Origin: a virus
Taxonomy: Duplodnaviria > Caudoviricetes
DNA: 58,617 nucleotides
IMG/VR virus record: IMGVR_UViG_3300020455_000016
Coordinates: 1-58,617 of that record
Direction: 5' to 3' (one strand)
This document shows positions 36,532 through 47,014 of the stretch, one piece after another. The position numbers and the translations under genes were made by a program. The notes under the pieces were generated by a model. The model was given only the letters and a program-made list of their open reading frames with translations, was not told the DNA's origin and did not search any database. Each line of letters starts with the position of its first letter. The first letter of the stretch is position 1.

Positions 36532-39500
36532 TCAATATATGTACCAGTACCGATCTTAACAGCACCTCTTGTCTTCAAATCTTCCTCATCTAAACATACC
36601 ATGCTAGGCATAGCAACAGCACCTGCTCCACCACCACCAATAAATTGTACGCTAGGTGTCTTACTATATGTCTTTGTTCTATCTAATACTTTAACACTAA
36701 CAACATATCCACGATCATCAATCTCTGCTTTCGCAACCAATAATTCACCATCAACATAGACATCTGGTGGAGATGTATACCTAATACCTGGTGATATAAG
36801 GGTAAATGAATCTATAATACAACGTACATTACTATTTGCAGGTGTATTTAATTTATAATTCAAACCAGACCTAGTAACTCTTATTTCAGACACATATCCT
36901 TGTGCATCTAATAATGCAATACCAGTAGCACCAAATCCATTACCTGTTATTATAACATCAGGTGCTTCTTCATATGGATCACCTGGATCACTAATAGGTA
37001 TTTCAATTATACCACCGTCATCATCAGTAATAGGATTACCAGTAGTTGGTTTATCTATCTTTGGTGTCTCTTCTGGTACTGTAGTTTCAGGTACAAGAGT
37101 TCCATTAATAATAACAGACGTAGCAGCATCAACACCAACTAAAGTAATATAAAGACTTTCATCAACTTCATCCTCTATATCTTCAGCGATACCAATGATT
37201 AACTTGGCACTATTATTTTTGATAGTAATACTACCAGTCATATCACCAATAAGATCTGCCTGTTCAATGTCACCATATATTGTATAGTCAACTCTAGTAT
37301 TATCATCAACATTAGCAGTAGTGATGGTAAATGTTATGTCTTCTCCCTCATTATACTTCTCTTTATCTGCAACAATCTCATAGGTAGGAACTGGAGTAGT
37401 ATCAAACTCATCATCTGGATATAATACTTGCTCAAGATCAGCAAGTACTAATGTCTCTACACTATCATGATCAATACTACCAATTTCTGTAGTATTATCA
37501 TTGTTATCATATATCTGTTGTACTGTACACAATACAAGTTGTTGTGCTGTTGCTATTTGTATATCATCAGAAAATGTCACAGAGAATGTTGATTTACCTA
37601 TAGGAACATCAACATCTGTTCCATTACCATCACTATCATATGCTGTAGCAGTCTCTATTCTATCTAATAAGACTTCAAATGTACCTACAAGTCCTCCAAC
37701 AACATCAGTATCAGTAAATGAATTTGGACCTGACAATGTATATTGTAGTATAGCACCTGCTGGTACATGTCCTGTATGTACAGTATATACTACAGTATCA
37801 CCATTAACTACAGTTGGAGAATCTGCAGTTATCTCATAGAAAGGAGTTCCAGTCTCATCTAGAGGTACTGGATCATAATCGTCGTCATCATCCTCTTCAT
37901 CATCAAAGATGATATCATCAATATCATCATCATCGTCGTCGTCATCATCATCGTCATCGTCTTCATCTCCTGGATCTATATCTGGATCTGGGAAGAAAGG
38001 ATTAGTACCATCATCATCACCTGGAGGAGTAGAGTCATCTACAATTGGTACAGGATACTCTGGAATACCACCAACAAATACAATATTAGTAGGTTTATCA
38101 TCTGGATAATCTTTAGCTTCATCACATGTAAATCTTTCTCCACTATCACCACCTTCAATCTGATCTAATAATGTATCCAACCAATCATCTTCTTCATCAC
38201 TACCACAATCACTACATATCTTTGTTTTTGTAGCACACTTACCACTAGGTCCACTACAGTTGATACCAAGGAAAGACATTACCTTGCTTAAAGCAGAAGA
38301 TACCATGTCTATACCACCACCTATAATAGACAGGATACTTTGCAACGGTCCCATAATCTTTGCAATAAGACCATCAACAACAGATATGATCTGATTGATA
38401 ATACCGTCTACAAGATTTTGGATAAGGCAAACAGCAGGTGAAAATGCTTCCATGATCATATTGAATAGCATATTAGTCAACCATTTAACTAACCTATCAA
38501 TAGCATCTTCCATAGCACATCCTAATGCTGATAGGATTTTATCAATAACCTTCTTGATTCTCTTAAGAATATTACCTTCCTTCCTAACACTCCTATGATC
38601 ATTTTTAGGATCTTTTGGTACTTTATCTTTAGCGTCCTTACCAGCATTCAATCCAAGAACTGAATTGACTAAAGTATCTACTCCCTTTCTGATACCCTTA
38701 ATCATTTCGGATTGAATCCTGCCCATAAGTGCTCTTACGAGACGTGTCACTCGACCTACGTGATATCTGGCAATGTTTACTTTATCGTAAAGAAAACCAT
38801 TTACCTTACTCACATAATAACTACCCAACTGTCCACCAGACCGTTGGTTTGCTGCTAACAAATCTCCTATAATATTGGTTACACTTTGTTTAAAAGTACT
38901 CTCCGAACCACATTTAGGGTTAGCAATTTCTACACAAACCTCTCCTCCTATTGGGTTTGTTTCACATGCAAATCCACGTAATGATGTTAGGACAGGAGTT
39001 GGATCTACATGTGCATTTGCTACTTTAGCTGTTCCACCTTCATCATCAGTACCATCCTTCCTTTTACCATCCTGTGTTTCTAAACCTCTATTTTGAGATG
39101 GATTTACTTTAGGATCTACAAATTTAGTAAACCCATAACCTAACCCATTGCTATTATTTGGGTTAGGATCCTGATTCTTTTCTATAGTAGAACCAGGAAC
39201 ATGACCAATGGAACCCATTATAATAGGTTGCTGCCTTGCTGCATCAAGGAAGAATCCAATAACCCAGTTACCCATCTCAAGGTTAACACTACCACCAGTG
39301 ACACCACCATCAGAATATGGATGTGTTGCTGGCATCATCACATGTGCCCATGGTAATTCAGATGTAGGTGTAAGTTGTCCCTCTTGTAAATGAACACCAA
39401 CTATTCTTACACGATATCTACCTCCTGCCTTTGGGTCACCACCTTCTGCTTCAGGATCCTTTGGTGATTCAATCTGACCTACCCACCACGACATACCATC

Positions 39501-39548
39501 AGAACCAATCTGATTAGTAGGATATAATGATGAGAGTACTGGATCCAT
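36522..39548 (-). CDS. gp5: gp5 baseplate hub subunit (OB-fold N-terminus) with extra domains
   Basis: WWVGQIE...DP...GRYRVRIVG.H...LPWA...G.WVIGFFLD...QQPIIMGSI. Confidence 0.85.
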   Translation of the reverse strand: MDPVLSSLYPTNQIGSDGMSWWVGQIESPKDPEAEGGDPKAGGRYRVRIVGVHLQEGQLTPTSELPWAHVMMPATHPYSDGGVTGGSVNLEMGNWVIGFFLDAARQQPIIMGSIGHVPGSTIEKNQDPNPNNSNGLGYGFTKFVDPKVNPSQNRGLETQDGKRKDGTDDEGGTAKVANAHVDPTPVLTSLRGFACETNPIGGEVCVEIANPKCGSESTFKQSVTNIIGDLLAANQRSGGQLGSYYVSKVNGFLYDKVNIARYHVGRVTRLVRALMGRIQSEMIKGIRKGVDTLVNSVLGLNAGKDAKDKVPKDPKNDHRSVRKEGNILKRIKKVIDKILSALGCAMEDAIDRLVKWLTNMLFNMIMEAFSPAVCLIQNLVDGIINQIISVVDGLIAKIMGPLQSILSIIGGGIDMVSSALSKVMSFLGINCSGPSGKCATKTKICSDCGSDEEDDWLDTLLDQIEGGDSGERFTCDEAKDYPDDKPTNIVFVGGIPEYPVPIVDDSTPPGDDDGTNPFFPDPDIDPGDEDDDDDDDDDDDDDIDDIIFDDEEDDDDDYDPVPLDETGTPFYEITADSPTVVNGDTVVYTVHTGHVPAGAILQYTLSGPNSFTDTDVVGGLVGTFEVLLDRIETATAYDSDGNGTDVDVPIGKSTFSVTFSDDIQIATAQQLVLCTVQQIYDNNDNTTEIGSIDHDSVETLVLADLEQVLYPDDEFDTTPVPTYEIVADKEKYNEGEDITFTITTANVDDNTRVDYTIYGDIEQADLIGDMTGSITIKNNSAKLIIGIAEDIEDEVDESLYITLVGVDAATSVIINGTLVPETTVPEETPKIDKPTTGNPITDDDGGIIEIPISDPGDPYEEAPDVIITGNGFGATGIALLDAQGYVSEIRVTRSGLNYKLNTPANSNVRCIIDSFTLISPGIRYTSPPDVYVDGELLVAKAEIDDRGYVVSVKVLDRTKTYSKTPSVQFIGGGGAGAVAMPSMVCLDEEDLKTRGAVKIGTGTYIDCP

Positions 39549-39569
39549 ATTAAATACTATCTGATATAT

Positions 39570-41003
39570 TTATGAGGCAGTTTTAACTTTTGTTATCTTG
39601 TCTCCATAAACATCTCGTACTAGAGTAAGAAATGTTTCGGTCATAGGGGTTGCCAAGGATGGAAGAAAAGCATGATTTAATTTTGAAATAAGATAAGAAC
39701 CACTATGTTCTGAATCAAACCTTTTTCCACTGTCATCTTTATCTGATGATTGATTCATAATTTTAACATCAATAATGTCACCAACCTTTAATGTAGGATT
39801 ACCTGGTACTTTTATTTGTAACTGTTGATTATTGAATGAATTAAACCTTGCTATAGACTGTGATGTAAAAAATTTCTGCCAATCAGGAAATTCTGCAGTA
39901 TCTTTACCACCACCATCTTTCTTCTCTGGTGATGCTGGTGTTGATTCATCATGCCATGTCTCATGGTCTAATAAAACTGACATTATTCTAGTAGGAAATC
40001 TAGAGAAAAATTCTTGTTTTACTGGTACTCCCTGTTGTGGTCCCAAATGTTTCATCTCTTTAAACTGATCATCTAATGAGTATGAATACTCTTCATAAGA
40101 TCCTGTACTAAAATTATAGTAACAAATGACAGATGAATAAGCACCATGCCTCAATTTATCTAACAAATCAATTTCATTTTCAAATTCTACGTTAGATATA
40201 ACAAACCTCGGATCAGCACCACTTTGTATGTTCAGTTGATTATATGTAGCAACAGATTTATTCTTTTTCTTATCATATAATTGATCCATTGATCTAAAAT
40301 TATATCCTGCTTTGTTCTCCCAAAATAAGTAACCAGCACTTCCCTTCATTTTCTTCTCATGCCCATCAATAGTTCCAACACCACCACTCTGAACTTCTTT
40401 ATTTGTTGATGATGACGAATTCATTCCAGTCATCACTACACTAGTACCTTCTTCACAGATAGTTTTCATCTTCAATGTGTCTATGATACTAAATGGTGTC
40501 TTCTTTCCTGGTTGGAACTTTATCTTATTCAGTGCTTTATCCACAAACACTTCCTTCTTTGTACCTATATTCTCTTTCAACATATTAACAACTATGTCAT
40601 TGGGTAATCCTTTCAAAATCACACCCATTCTAACCATCTCATTTGTTAATGCTTCTTCTGATATTAGACCTAATGTATATGTCTGAAATCTATCAGTAAC
40701 ATACCTAGAATATATCTTATAAATTACAAACTGATATGTATGCTCTTTTTCATCTACTGCTGTTTTTACTTTAATTTCTACTCGTTCACCACCCTGCAAA
40801 GGTATATCAGATATCATACTATTCATAGACTCTTCACCTATCACCAATGATGCAAAAATAGTAGGTGCTTCTATGTCCTCAAAATAATCAAATCTTACTA
40901 CACCATTAGTTGCATCAAATGGATCATTACTTGTAGTACCTTGTATCAGACAAGATTTAAGTTCAACACTACTAGCAAATACACTTTTAGTCTGATCAGA
41001 CAT
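39570..41003 (-). CDS. Baseplate hub protein, gp27-like
   Basis: YFEDI..PTI.A, PLQGGE.V, YLFWEN..GYNF.S, VPGN..LKVGD.I...SGSYLISKL.H; position upstream of gp5. Confidence 0.6.
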   Translation of the reverse strand: MSDQTKSVFASSVELKSCLIQGTTSNDPFDATNGVVRFDYFEDIEAPTIFASLVIGEESMNSMISDIPLQGGERVEIKVKTAVDEKEHTYQFVIYKIYSRYVTDRFQTYTLGLISEEALTNEMVRMGVILKGLPNDIVVNMLKENIGTKKEVFVDKALNKIKFQPGKKTPFSIIDTLKMKTICEEGTSVVMTGMNSSSSTNKEVQSGGVGTIDGHEKKMKGSAGYLFWENKAGYNFRSMDQLYDKKKNKSVATYNQLNIQSGADPRFVISNVEFENEIDLLDKLRHGAYSSVICYYNFSTGSYEEYSYSLDDQFKEMKHLGPQQGVPVKQEFFSRFPTRIMSVLLDHETWHDESTPASPEKKDGGGKDTAEFPDWQKFFTSQSIARFNSFNNQQLQIKVPGNPTLKVGDIIDVKIMNQSSDKDDSGKRFDSEHSGSYLISKLNHAFLPSLATPMTETFLTLVRDVYGDKITKVKTAS

Positions 41004-43335
41004 GATTAAGTCCTCTATTGAAGTAATATGATTCTATACCAAGAGAATCACGTGAACCTTCTTGCATGGTGTCTCTACCAGAAGGTTGTGAATCAGTAAA
41101 ACCTGAAGAAGGTGAAACCGAACCATCAATACCCAAATCAAGGTAAGCAATTTCTGTTGTTTGTTTAGCACTACCTAGATTTAAATTCTCAAGTATATCA
41201 TTTGATGACACTTCATTCGTAGATAATGATTGGAGACTAGATGTATCTAGTTGAACACCAAGAGTCTTCATTATATACCTCAATGCATTTTCTGATCTAT
41301 CTAAAGGTATAGATTCAGCATACACAAAGTATGCATCTTTAAATAATTGTCTTACTCTATCCTGTTCTTCTTTACTCAAATTAGGTTTCTTTAATAGTGC
41401 CATCAACTCGACATTACCCCCTCCTCTATTAGCAATCTCTTCCACAAGGAAAGAAGCATTTCCCCTAATTCCTTTCTCACCACTGTTTGCAATATCATCT
41501 TTATTAATACCAAGTTTTTTAAGATGAGCGAACAATGCATCCTCTCTTCCACCTTGCCACGAACCTGCACCAAATGCTTCTACACCACCATCATCATGTG
41601 ATCCTAATATAAGACCCTGATCTAAACCAGTCTCTCTCATCAACTCTGCTGCTGCTAATTGAGCACCAGTTTGAGAAAAACCTTGTTTTTTAAACTCATC
41701 AACTAACATAACAGCAATCTCATTTTTATTAAATTCTTTTTTATTTCTACCAAAAATATTATTGACTGCATTTCCTATAAAAGATTTACCAGAATTAATA
41801 AGATTACCAGTTTTTTCAGTTATATTACCAATAAAATTCTTAATTCCATCATACCATTTGCCATCATCTTTAGACTCCTGTTTATCTAATGATGCCCTAA
41901 CCCTAGAATTTGCTTCACTTGATGCTTTAGAAGATGCTATATCTTCTGATGATAGTCCAAACGCATTGGCAACAATATTCATTATATTACTTAATTTCCC
42001 ATCAGCAGCAGGACTTACTGCACCAAGTCTATTTCTTATATCACCTGTTATCTTTATTATAGATGCTCCAACTGCTTTAAATGGCAATTCCAGTGCATTT
42101 ATCATACTTTGACCCCCACCCGAACTACTAGCAGAAGATGAAAAAGTGTTAACTGCTTTAGGTAGATTTAATCCAGAAAGTGCAGATGATGACTTAAAAT
42201 CTGGTAGGTGATCTAATGGAGGCAGAGGTGGTGGTGGCAATAACATACCCTGCTCTGCTGCAAGATCTCCACCACCAGTTACCTCGTTACCTTGAATACC
42301 ATCAGTTGCATAATTATCTAATGGAACAATAGCAGTCCTACCTCTACCTATAGGTTTAACTAATTCTGTACCATGTGCTTCTATAGGTACACCACCTATA
42401 TTAACATTATATCCTTCTTTTGGACCATCAATGATAGCACCCTTCTCTGCTGTTCCCCACGGATCTGGTGGTCTATTCTGATCTATCTCTTCAGATGTAC
42501 TTAACTCTTTACTTTCATCAGTTTTAGTACTTAATATATTAACACTATCAGTAGTTGCTACATCATTCTTCCCCTCCAATCTAGTTTCAGTTTTATCTAC
42601 TTCGGCAGATTCTTTTGCTCTTTTTAAAAATTCAGTTTGTTGATTAACTGCTGCTGCTATTGCTTCTAGTTTATCAGTTACCCTATCTGTTCTATGACTT
42701 ATCTCAACTACAATATTCTTTTGTGTTGAAACAATACCAGATGCTATACCAGTATTCTGATCAACAGCATTATTAATAGACTGTGCAGTACTTTGTAATG
42801 ACTTTGCAATTTCAGTTACTGCTACTAAAAAATCTTGTTTAGTTTTTGGTCCAGCACTAGATCCAGATGCTGCTTTAGCAACTTTTTTAGATGAATCTTC
42901 TAATACTGTAGAGGATTCATCACCCTCTAATTTATAATTAAATTTTTTCCTAAAACTAGCAGCACGTTTACTATCAACACTAGCAAATCTAGTATTATCT
43001 CTTAAGAAATTTACAGCAGTAACATATATTTTCTTTTTAGACTTTAAAATCCTTCTAACAGAAAGTAATTTCTTTAAATTATTTTTCTTCTTGTCTATAA
43101 AAGCACCACCAAATTCATGTTGTAGTGCTTTTTTAAAGAAATACCCCTTATCTATACCAAAATCTTCGAGAGAAAGGTGAGGTGCTTGCTTGAATAATTC
43201 TTTTTCTGCGTATCTTCTTTCGTCTGATGCTAATTGTCTAGCTTCAAGAATTTTTCCAATGGCTTTACCTAAATGTTCAGTACCTTTACCTGCTCCACCT
43301 GATACATCGTCAAATCCTTCTGTAAATGCTGCCAT
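40996..43335 (-). CDS. Tape-measure-like tail protein with phage tail-lysozyme-like domain
   Basis: Coiled-coil N-half; GFSQTGAQLAAAELMRETGLD...AFGAGSWQGGR matches the tail-lysozyme pattern. Confidence 0.6.
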   Translation of the reverse strand: MAAFTEGFDDVSGGAGKGTEHLGKAIGKILEARQLASDERRYAEKELFKQAPHLSLEDFGIDKGYFFKKALQHEFGGAFIDKKKNNLKKLLSVRRILKSKKKIYVTAVNFLRDNTRFASVDSKRAASFRKKFNYKLEGDESSTVLEDSSKKVAKAASGSSAGPKTKQDFLVAVTEIAKSLQSTAQSINNAVDQNTGIASGIVSTQKNIVVEISHRTDRVTDKLEAIAAAVNQQTEFLKRAKESAEVDKTETRLEGKNDVATTDSVNILSTKTDESKELSTSEEIDQNRPPDPWGTAEKGAIIDGPKEGYNVNIGGVPIEAHGTELVKPIGRGRTAIVPLDNYATDGIQGNEVTGGGDLAAEQGMLLPPPPLPPLDHLPDFKSSSALSGLNLPKAVNTFSSSASSSGGGQSMINALELPFKAVGASIIKITGDIRNRLGAVSPAADGKLSNIMNIVANAFGLSSEDIASSKASSEANSRVRASLDKQESKDDGKWYDGIKNFIGNITEKTGNLINSGKSFIGNAVNNIFGRNKKEFNKNEIAVMLVDEFKKQGFSQTGAQLAAAELMRETGLDQGLILGSHDDGGVEAFGAGSWQGGREDALFAHLKKLGINKDDIANSGEKGIRGNASFLVEEIANRGGGNVELMALLKKPNLSKEEQDRVRQLFKDAYFVYAESIPLDRSENALRYIMKTLGVQLDTSSLQSLSTNEVSSNDILENLNLGSAKQTTEIAYLDLGIDGSVSPSSGFTDSQPSGRDTMQEGSRDSLGIESYYFNRGLNHV

Positions 43336-43357
43336 TAGTTATACCTCCTTCTATTAT

Positions 43358-45235
43358 TTATGAAGCAAGTATCAACCTAGACAACTTATGATTGTCCTTC
43401 TTGACTTGATTAACTATAATGGTTCCACCAGCAACAACCTGACTACTACCTGATGCTACTGTTCTAGTTACATATATTATTTTAGTTTTACCTATTGGAT
43501 CCATTTCAACAGAAATATTATCTGATATATTATTAGTTTGTGTAACAGGAGTTATATTTGATACATTATTAACATTACTAGTAGAACTAATTGTCATACC
43601 TGACTTATCGTACAGTCTTAATCTTTCAAAATTCTTATATAACGTTGATCCCTCTTTAAATGGATTAGGTTGTTCTGTTCCTTCTGGATGATCTGATTTA
43701 TATCTCAATTGTTCAATATTATCACTTGGTTTCTTCCAATTGAAAGCAATATCACCATCCTTACTTTCTGAAGTATCATTACTATCATTAAGGTTAGATA
43801 TACTTTTCTCTCTTTCTTGTTTATCCTCTGATTGTACCTCATCTTTACTAACAGGTTGTGATCCTGCTAATGGAGATAGCGTCACAACACCAGTAGATTC
43901 GTGTGTAGGGAATTCATTACGTAATTTACTATCATTCAAATTTACTCCATATACATTTGCAATCAATGATGCAGCATTAACTATATGTCCTATATCTGAA
44001 GATCCACTACCTCCTATCACAGCACCTTTTTCTGCTGGTGTTAATATAGGTGGTGCTTGTATCACACCACCATGTTCAAATCCTGTGTCTCCAAACGCAC
44101 CAGAATCTCTAGCAACATCTATTGCTGCAACACCCCACCCAGCAACAGGTATAGCACTTCCCAATGATAATAGACCACCAATAGTATCACCTTGTTTAAA
44201 TCTATAAGCAGCAGAAGCCAAGTCCCAGAAGTTTCCAACAAGAGGAATGGCACCCATTCCTTTACTAGCAACTTTTTGTGTTATTTTCTTTGATGCTTTT
44301 TTACTTATTGTTTCTGCAATTTCAGATTTTCCCTTATTACCAAAAAATTTCGTTATTCCACCCATTGGATCCTTCGTAAAGTTTCCAATAGCATTCCTTG
44401 CTGGTCTAATTAATGGTCCAAGAATATTCTTTGTTTTCTTAACCAAAGGTGTATTATTCAACCATTTAGTACCCTTCTGTAGCATATTTGGTTTTTTTGT
44501 CGCAACATTTGCAGCATCGTCAAATAAATCCAACTGTTTTACGTTAGGTTTCAAACCTTTAGTTCCACCCATCCATTTTGGTAGGATACTACGAAGAGTT
44601 CCAGCTAATCCTTTTTTGGTTAATAAAGGTAATAATCCAGGTGCAAATTTCTTAAGTAATGGTCGTAGTATGTACTTGTTAAATATAGTCTTACTTACTT
44701 TGGAAATTAATTTACTAATATTTGTACCTATTATACTTTCACCACGCTTACTAACATCATTAAATCCAAAACTACTTGCAGCATCTCTCATTCCTTCAGA
44801 TCTATTTTCCGAATCATCACGTTTTTGGTCTTCCTCCTTCTCTATCATAAATTCATTCTGCATTTGCAGTGCTTGAAGCACTGAATCAAGTTTACCTGTA
44901 AGTAAACTATCATTATATTCTAAATTACCTATAGAACTAGCAGTAAGTCCTAGATTTGCACGTAATAAGTCATTTTGTGCTTGCAACCTACTATTAACAA
45001 TAACAAGTTCCCCATTAATCTTCGATAAACTGGATGTAATATCTAATAATATCTTATTTTTACTAATTCGTTCTTTCTTTGGTATTTCTAAATTAGTCTT
45101 ATTTCTTTTATTAATAGTCTTAACTAAAGAACCAGCAAGGGCAGGAAACTCTTTGACAAGCTCATCCACTATGTTACTTTTTGAATCTGATGCAGATTCA
45201 TCTAGAACTTTAATTGCCTGTTCTTCTAGAGTCAT
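43358..45235 (-). CDS. Tape-measure-like tail protein
   Basis: Coiled-coil and Lys/Gly-rich amphipathic segments; AIPLVGNFWDL...GD..GGLLSLGSAIPVAG; follows gp26/gp51. Confidence 0.55.
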   Translation of the reverse strand: MTLEEQAIKVLDESASDSKSNIVDELVKEFPALAGSLVKTINKRNKTNLEIPKKERISKNKILLDITSSLSKINGELVIVNSRLQAQNDLLRANLGLTASSIGNLEYNDSLLTGKLDSVLQALQMQNEFMIEKEEDQKRDDSENRSEGMRDAASSFGFNDVSKRGESIIGTNISKLISKVSKTIFNKYILRPLLKKFAPGLLPLLTKKGLAGTLRSILPKWMGGTKGLKPNVKQLDLFDDAANVATKKPNMLQKGTKWLNNTPLVKKTKNILGPLIRPARNAIGNFTKDPMGGITKFFGNKGKSEIAETISKKASKKITQKVASKGMGAIPLVGNFWDLASAAYRFKQGDTIGGLLSLGSAIPVAGWGVAAIDVARDSGAFGDTGFEHGGVIQAPPILTPAEKGAVIGGSGSSDIGHIVNAASLIANVYGVNLNDSKLRNEFPTHESTGVVTLSPLAGSQPVSKDEVQSEDKQEREKSISNLNDSNDTSESKDGDIAFNWKKPSDNIEQLRYKSDHPEGTEQPNPFKEGSTLYKNFERLRLYDKSGMTISSTSNVNNVSNITPVTQTNNISDNISVEMDPIGKTKIIYVTRTVASGSSQVVAGGTIIVNQVKKDNHKLSRLILAS

Positions 45236-45429
45236 GATTTCTGTTTAGCTGCCTCTGCTTTCTTCTTTTCTTCCTGAATATATTGAACAAGAAGAGAAAG
45301 ATATACTTCTCGTTCCCAGGGCATCATATTTTCTAATTCAGTCAAACTATATTTATGATACTGCATCAAGGCAAAGTTAGTCTTATAATAGCCTTCCAAA
45401 CTGTTCTGGAAGACCGCTATGCGAAAAAA
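45232..45429 (-). CDS. gp51: gp51 baseplate hub assembly protein (probably a -1 frameshift extension of gp26)
   Basis: Manual translation ...NSLEGYYKTNFALMQYHKYSLTELENMMPWEREVYLSLLVQYIQEEK; missing from the ORF track. Confidence 0.85.
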   Translation of the reverse strand, partial: FFRIAVFQNSLEGYYKTNFALMQYHKYSLTELENMMPWEREVYLSLLVQYIQEEKKKAEAAKQKS

Positions 45430-46130
45430 CTTTGCAATCCCTCAAGCGTATAATTACATTCAACTTCAGTATTAGGATTAACCACACTAAATGAATGAGT
45501 TAGTTTAGGCATAGTCTCGTAAAATGTCTGAATTGCTTCAAACTGTTTGCTAGTCAAACCTTCAACAAATGTACGAAATTCTTTGGGTGTTGTAGTAGTT
45601 TTATCAAATACTTCTTCACCTTGAAAAATTTGATCGATATTATCTGAAATAAAGTTAAAAACTTCTTCAGTTTTAATATCTTTACTCAAAAATTGTGATT
45701 CTATAAATCTATCCATACTAGGATACTTCATCACAATACCTGTGCTCTCATCTAACATAATTTTGTTAGAATGATCTTTAGACTTCTCAACTTCTATTTC
45801 TGATATATCTATAGATGCCGTAGTAGTTGTTTCATTATCATCAGTGCATGTAACTGTCAATTCAATTACTTCACCAACAGATGCTGCACGTATCCTCAAA
45901 AAGATGTATTCTAAATCAAATGATGGTAGATTATCTACTTTTAATCTAGATGTAATGCAATTCTTTAAAAGTGTCTTCACAGCAGAAACTATTTCCTTCT
46001 CCTCTCCCGATTCCATTGCAAGTAAAAGCAATTTCTCTTCTTTTACAAGAAAAGGTCTATACTTAACAGTTTTTCCAGTTGAAGGTAAAATCAGTTCATA
46101 GGTAGGTACACCTAATTTTGGTAATGCCAT
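45417..46130 (-). CDS. gp26: gp26 baseplate hub subunit / chaperone
   Basis: MALPK...PTYEL.LPSTG..VKYRPFLVKEEKLLL...FDLEYIFLRIRA.SVGE; ends LEGLQSFF. Confidence 0.9.
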   Translation of the reverse strand: MALPKLGVPTYELILPSTGKTVKYRPFLVKEEKLLLLAMESGEEKEIVSAVKTLLKNCITSRLKVDNLPSFDLEYIFLRIRAASVGEVIELTVTCTDDNETTTTASIDISEIEVEKSKDHSNKIMLDESTGIVMKYPSMDRFIESQFLSKDIKTEEVFNFISDNIDQIFQGEEVFDKTTTTPKEFRTFVEGLTSKQFEAIQTFYETMPKLTHSFSVVNPNTEVECNYTLEGLQSFFA

Positions 46131-46151
46131 TAAAAATTAATTCAATTCGTA

Positions 46152-46159
46152 TATTTATT
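46152..46159 (-). promoter_or_regulatory. Late promoter
   Basis: AATAAATA upstream of gp26. Confidence 0.7.
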
Positions 46160-46165
46160 TAGCTC

Positions 46166-46225
46166 GACTTTTTGAGGTTAAAATGGTCGGAGATTTTTTT
46201 GGTGAATTGATGGAATCAAAAAGTC
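46166..46225. repeat. Dispersed ~60-bp element, best copy
   Basis: Perfect 10-bp inverted arms GACTTTTTGA / TCAAAAAGTC with a 40-bp spacer. Confidence 0.7.
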
Positions 46226-46982
46226 AAATTTGCCCTTGTGTCTCAACTTCTTGTCCATTTATTGACATCGTAACCACTCCTTCGTTATTAGAACCAGAAG
46301 AATTAAGAGTTTGATCTTGATATACCACACTATGACTCTTATAATAAAAGTTAGCAGAAACTCTAGTCAATTGTGATGTACCATAAGATAAAGGAACTGT
46401 GTCAATTGAATATGGATAACATTCTTCCATAATGTATGAAATTCCTGCTCTCTGGTTAGGTGCTAATGGTCCTTGATCTGTCTTTGTAATTCTTGCTGTA
46501 CAAGCATATTCTTTCGGATATTTCAATCTAATTGCTCTGTTAAACAACCTAGCATTCTCATTTTTAATCCCAGTCAAGGATTTAGCGGTATTTTTAATAG
46601 GAGCATTGTTATCTGATCCATCAAATATAAAGTTATGCCATCCTGTTAAAAACTTCAATGGTGTCATATTTACATCACACATCCATGATAAAGAAAAGTC
46701 AGTAAAGAATCTAGCATAAGGATAATTCATTTGGTTCTCACCAAGATATCTTCCTTGTAATTGTCCTGTTGCTGCTTGAGTATTAGGTAGTTGTGCTTCA
46801 TCACATAGCAACTTAACCAATCCACCAACATTAGATGGATCAGTTGAAAGGACATTGCTTAATTGAAATTCATCTAGATATCCCTTCAAATCTTGAGTTA
46901 ATTCAAACTGTACCTCATATCCATTTGACATGGACATGTTGCCACCTTTGGCAATTGCATTGATGAATGTATTAATCGACAC
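46224..46982 (-). CDS. Tail-tube-fold baseplate protein (gp19/gp54-like)
   Basis: LLCDEAQLP, YPY.R.F.D..LS, W...IF, ECYPYSI..VPLSYG...V.A.FYY. Confidence 0.6.
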   Translation of the reverse strand: MSINTFINAIAKGGNMSMSNGYEVQFELTQDLKGYLDEFQLSNVLSTDPSNVGGLVKLLCDEAQLPNTQAATGQLQGRYLGENQMNYPYARFFTDFSLSWMCDVNMTPLKFLTGWHNFIFDGSDNNAPIKNTAKSLTGIKNENARLFNRAIRLKYPKEYACTARITKTDQGPLAPNQRAGISYIMEECYPYSIDTVPLSYGTSQLTRVSANFYYKSHSVVYQDQTLNSSGSNNEGVVTMSINGQEVETQGQI

Positions 46983-47014
46983 GCTAAATAAAAACGGAAG
47001 GTTTAATAATAATT

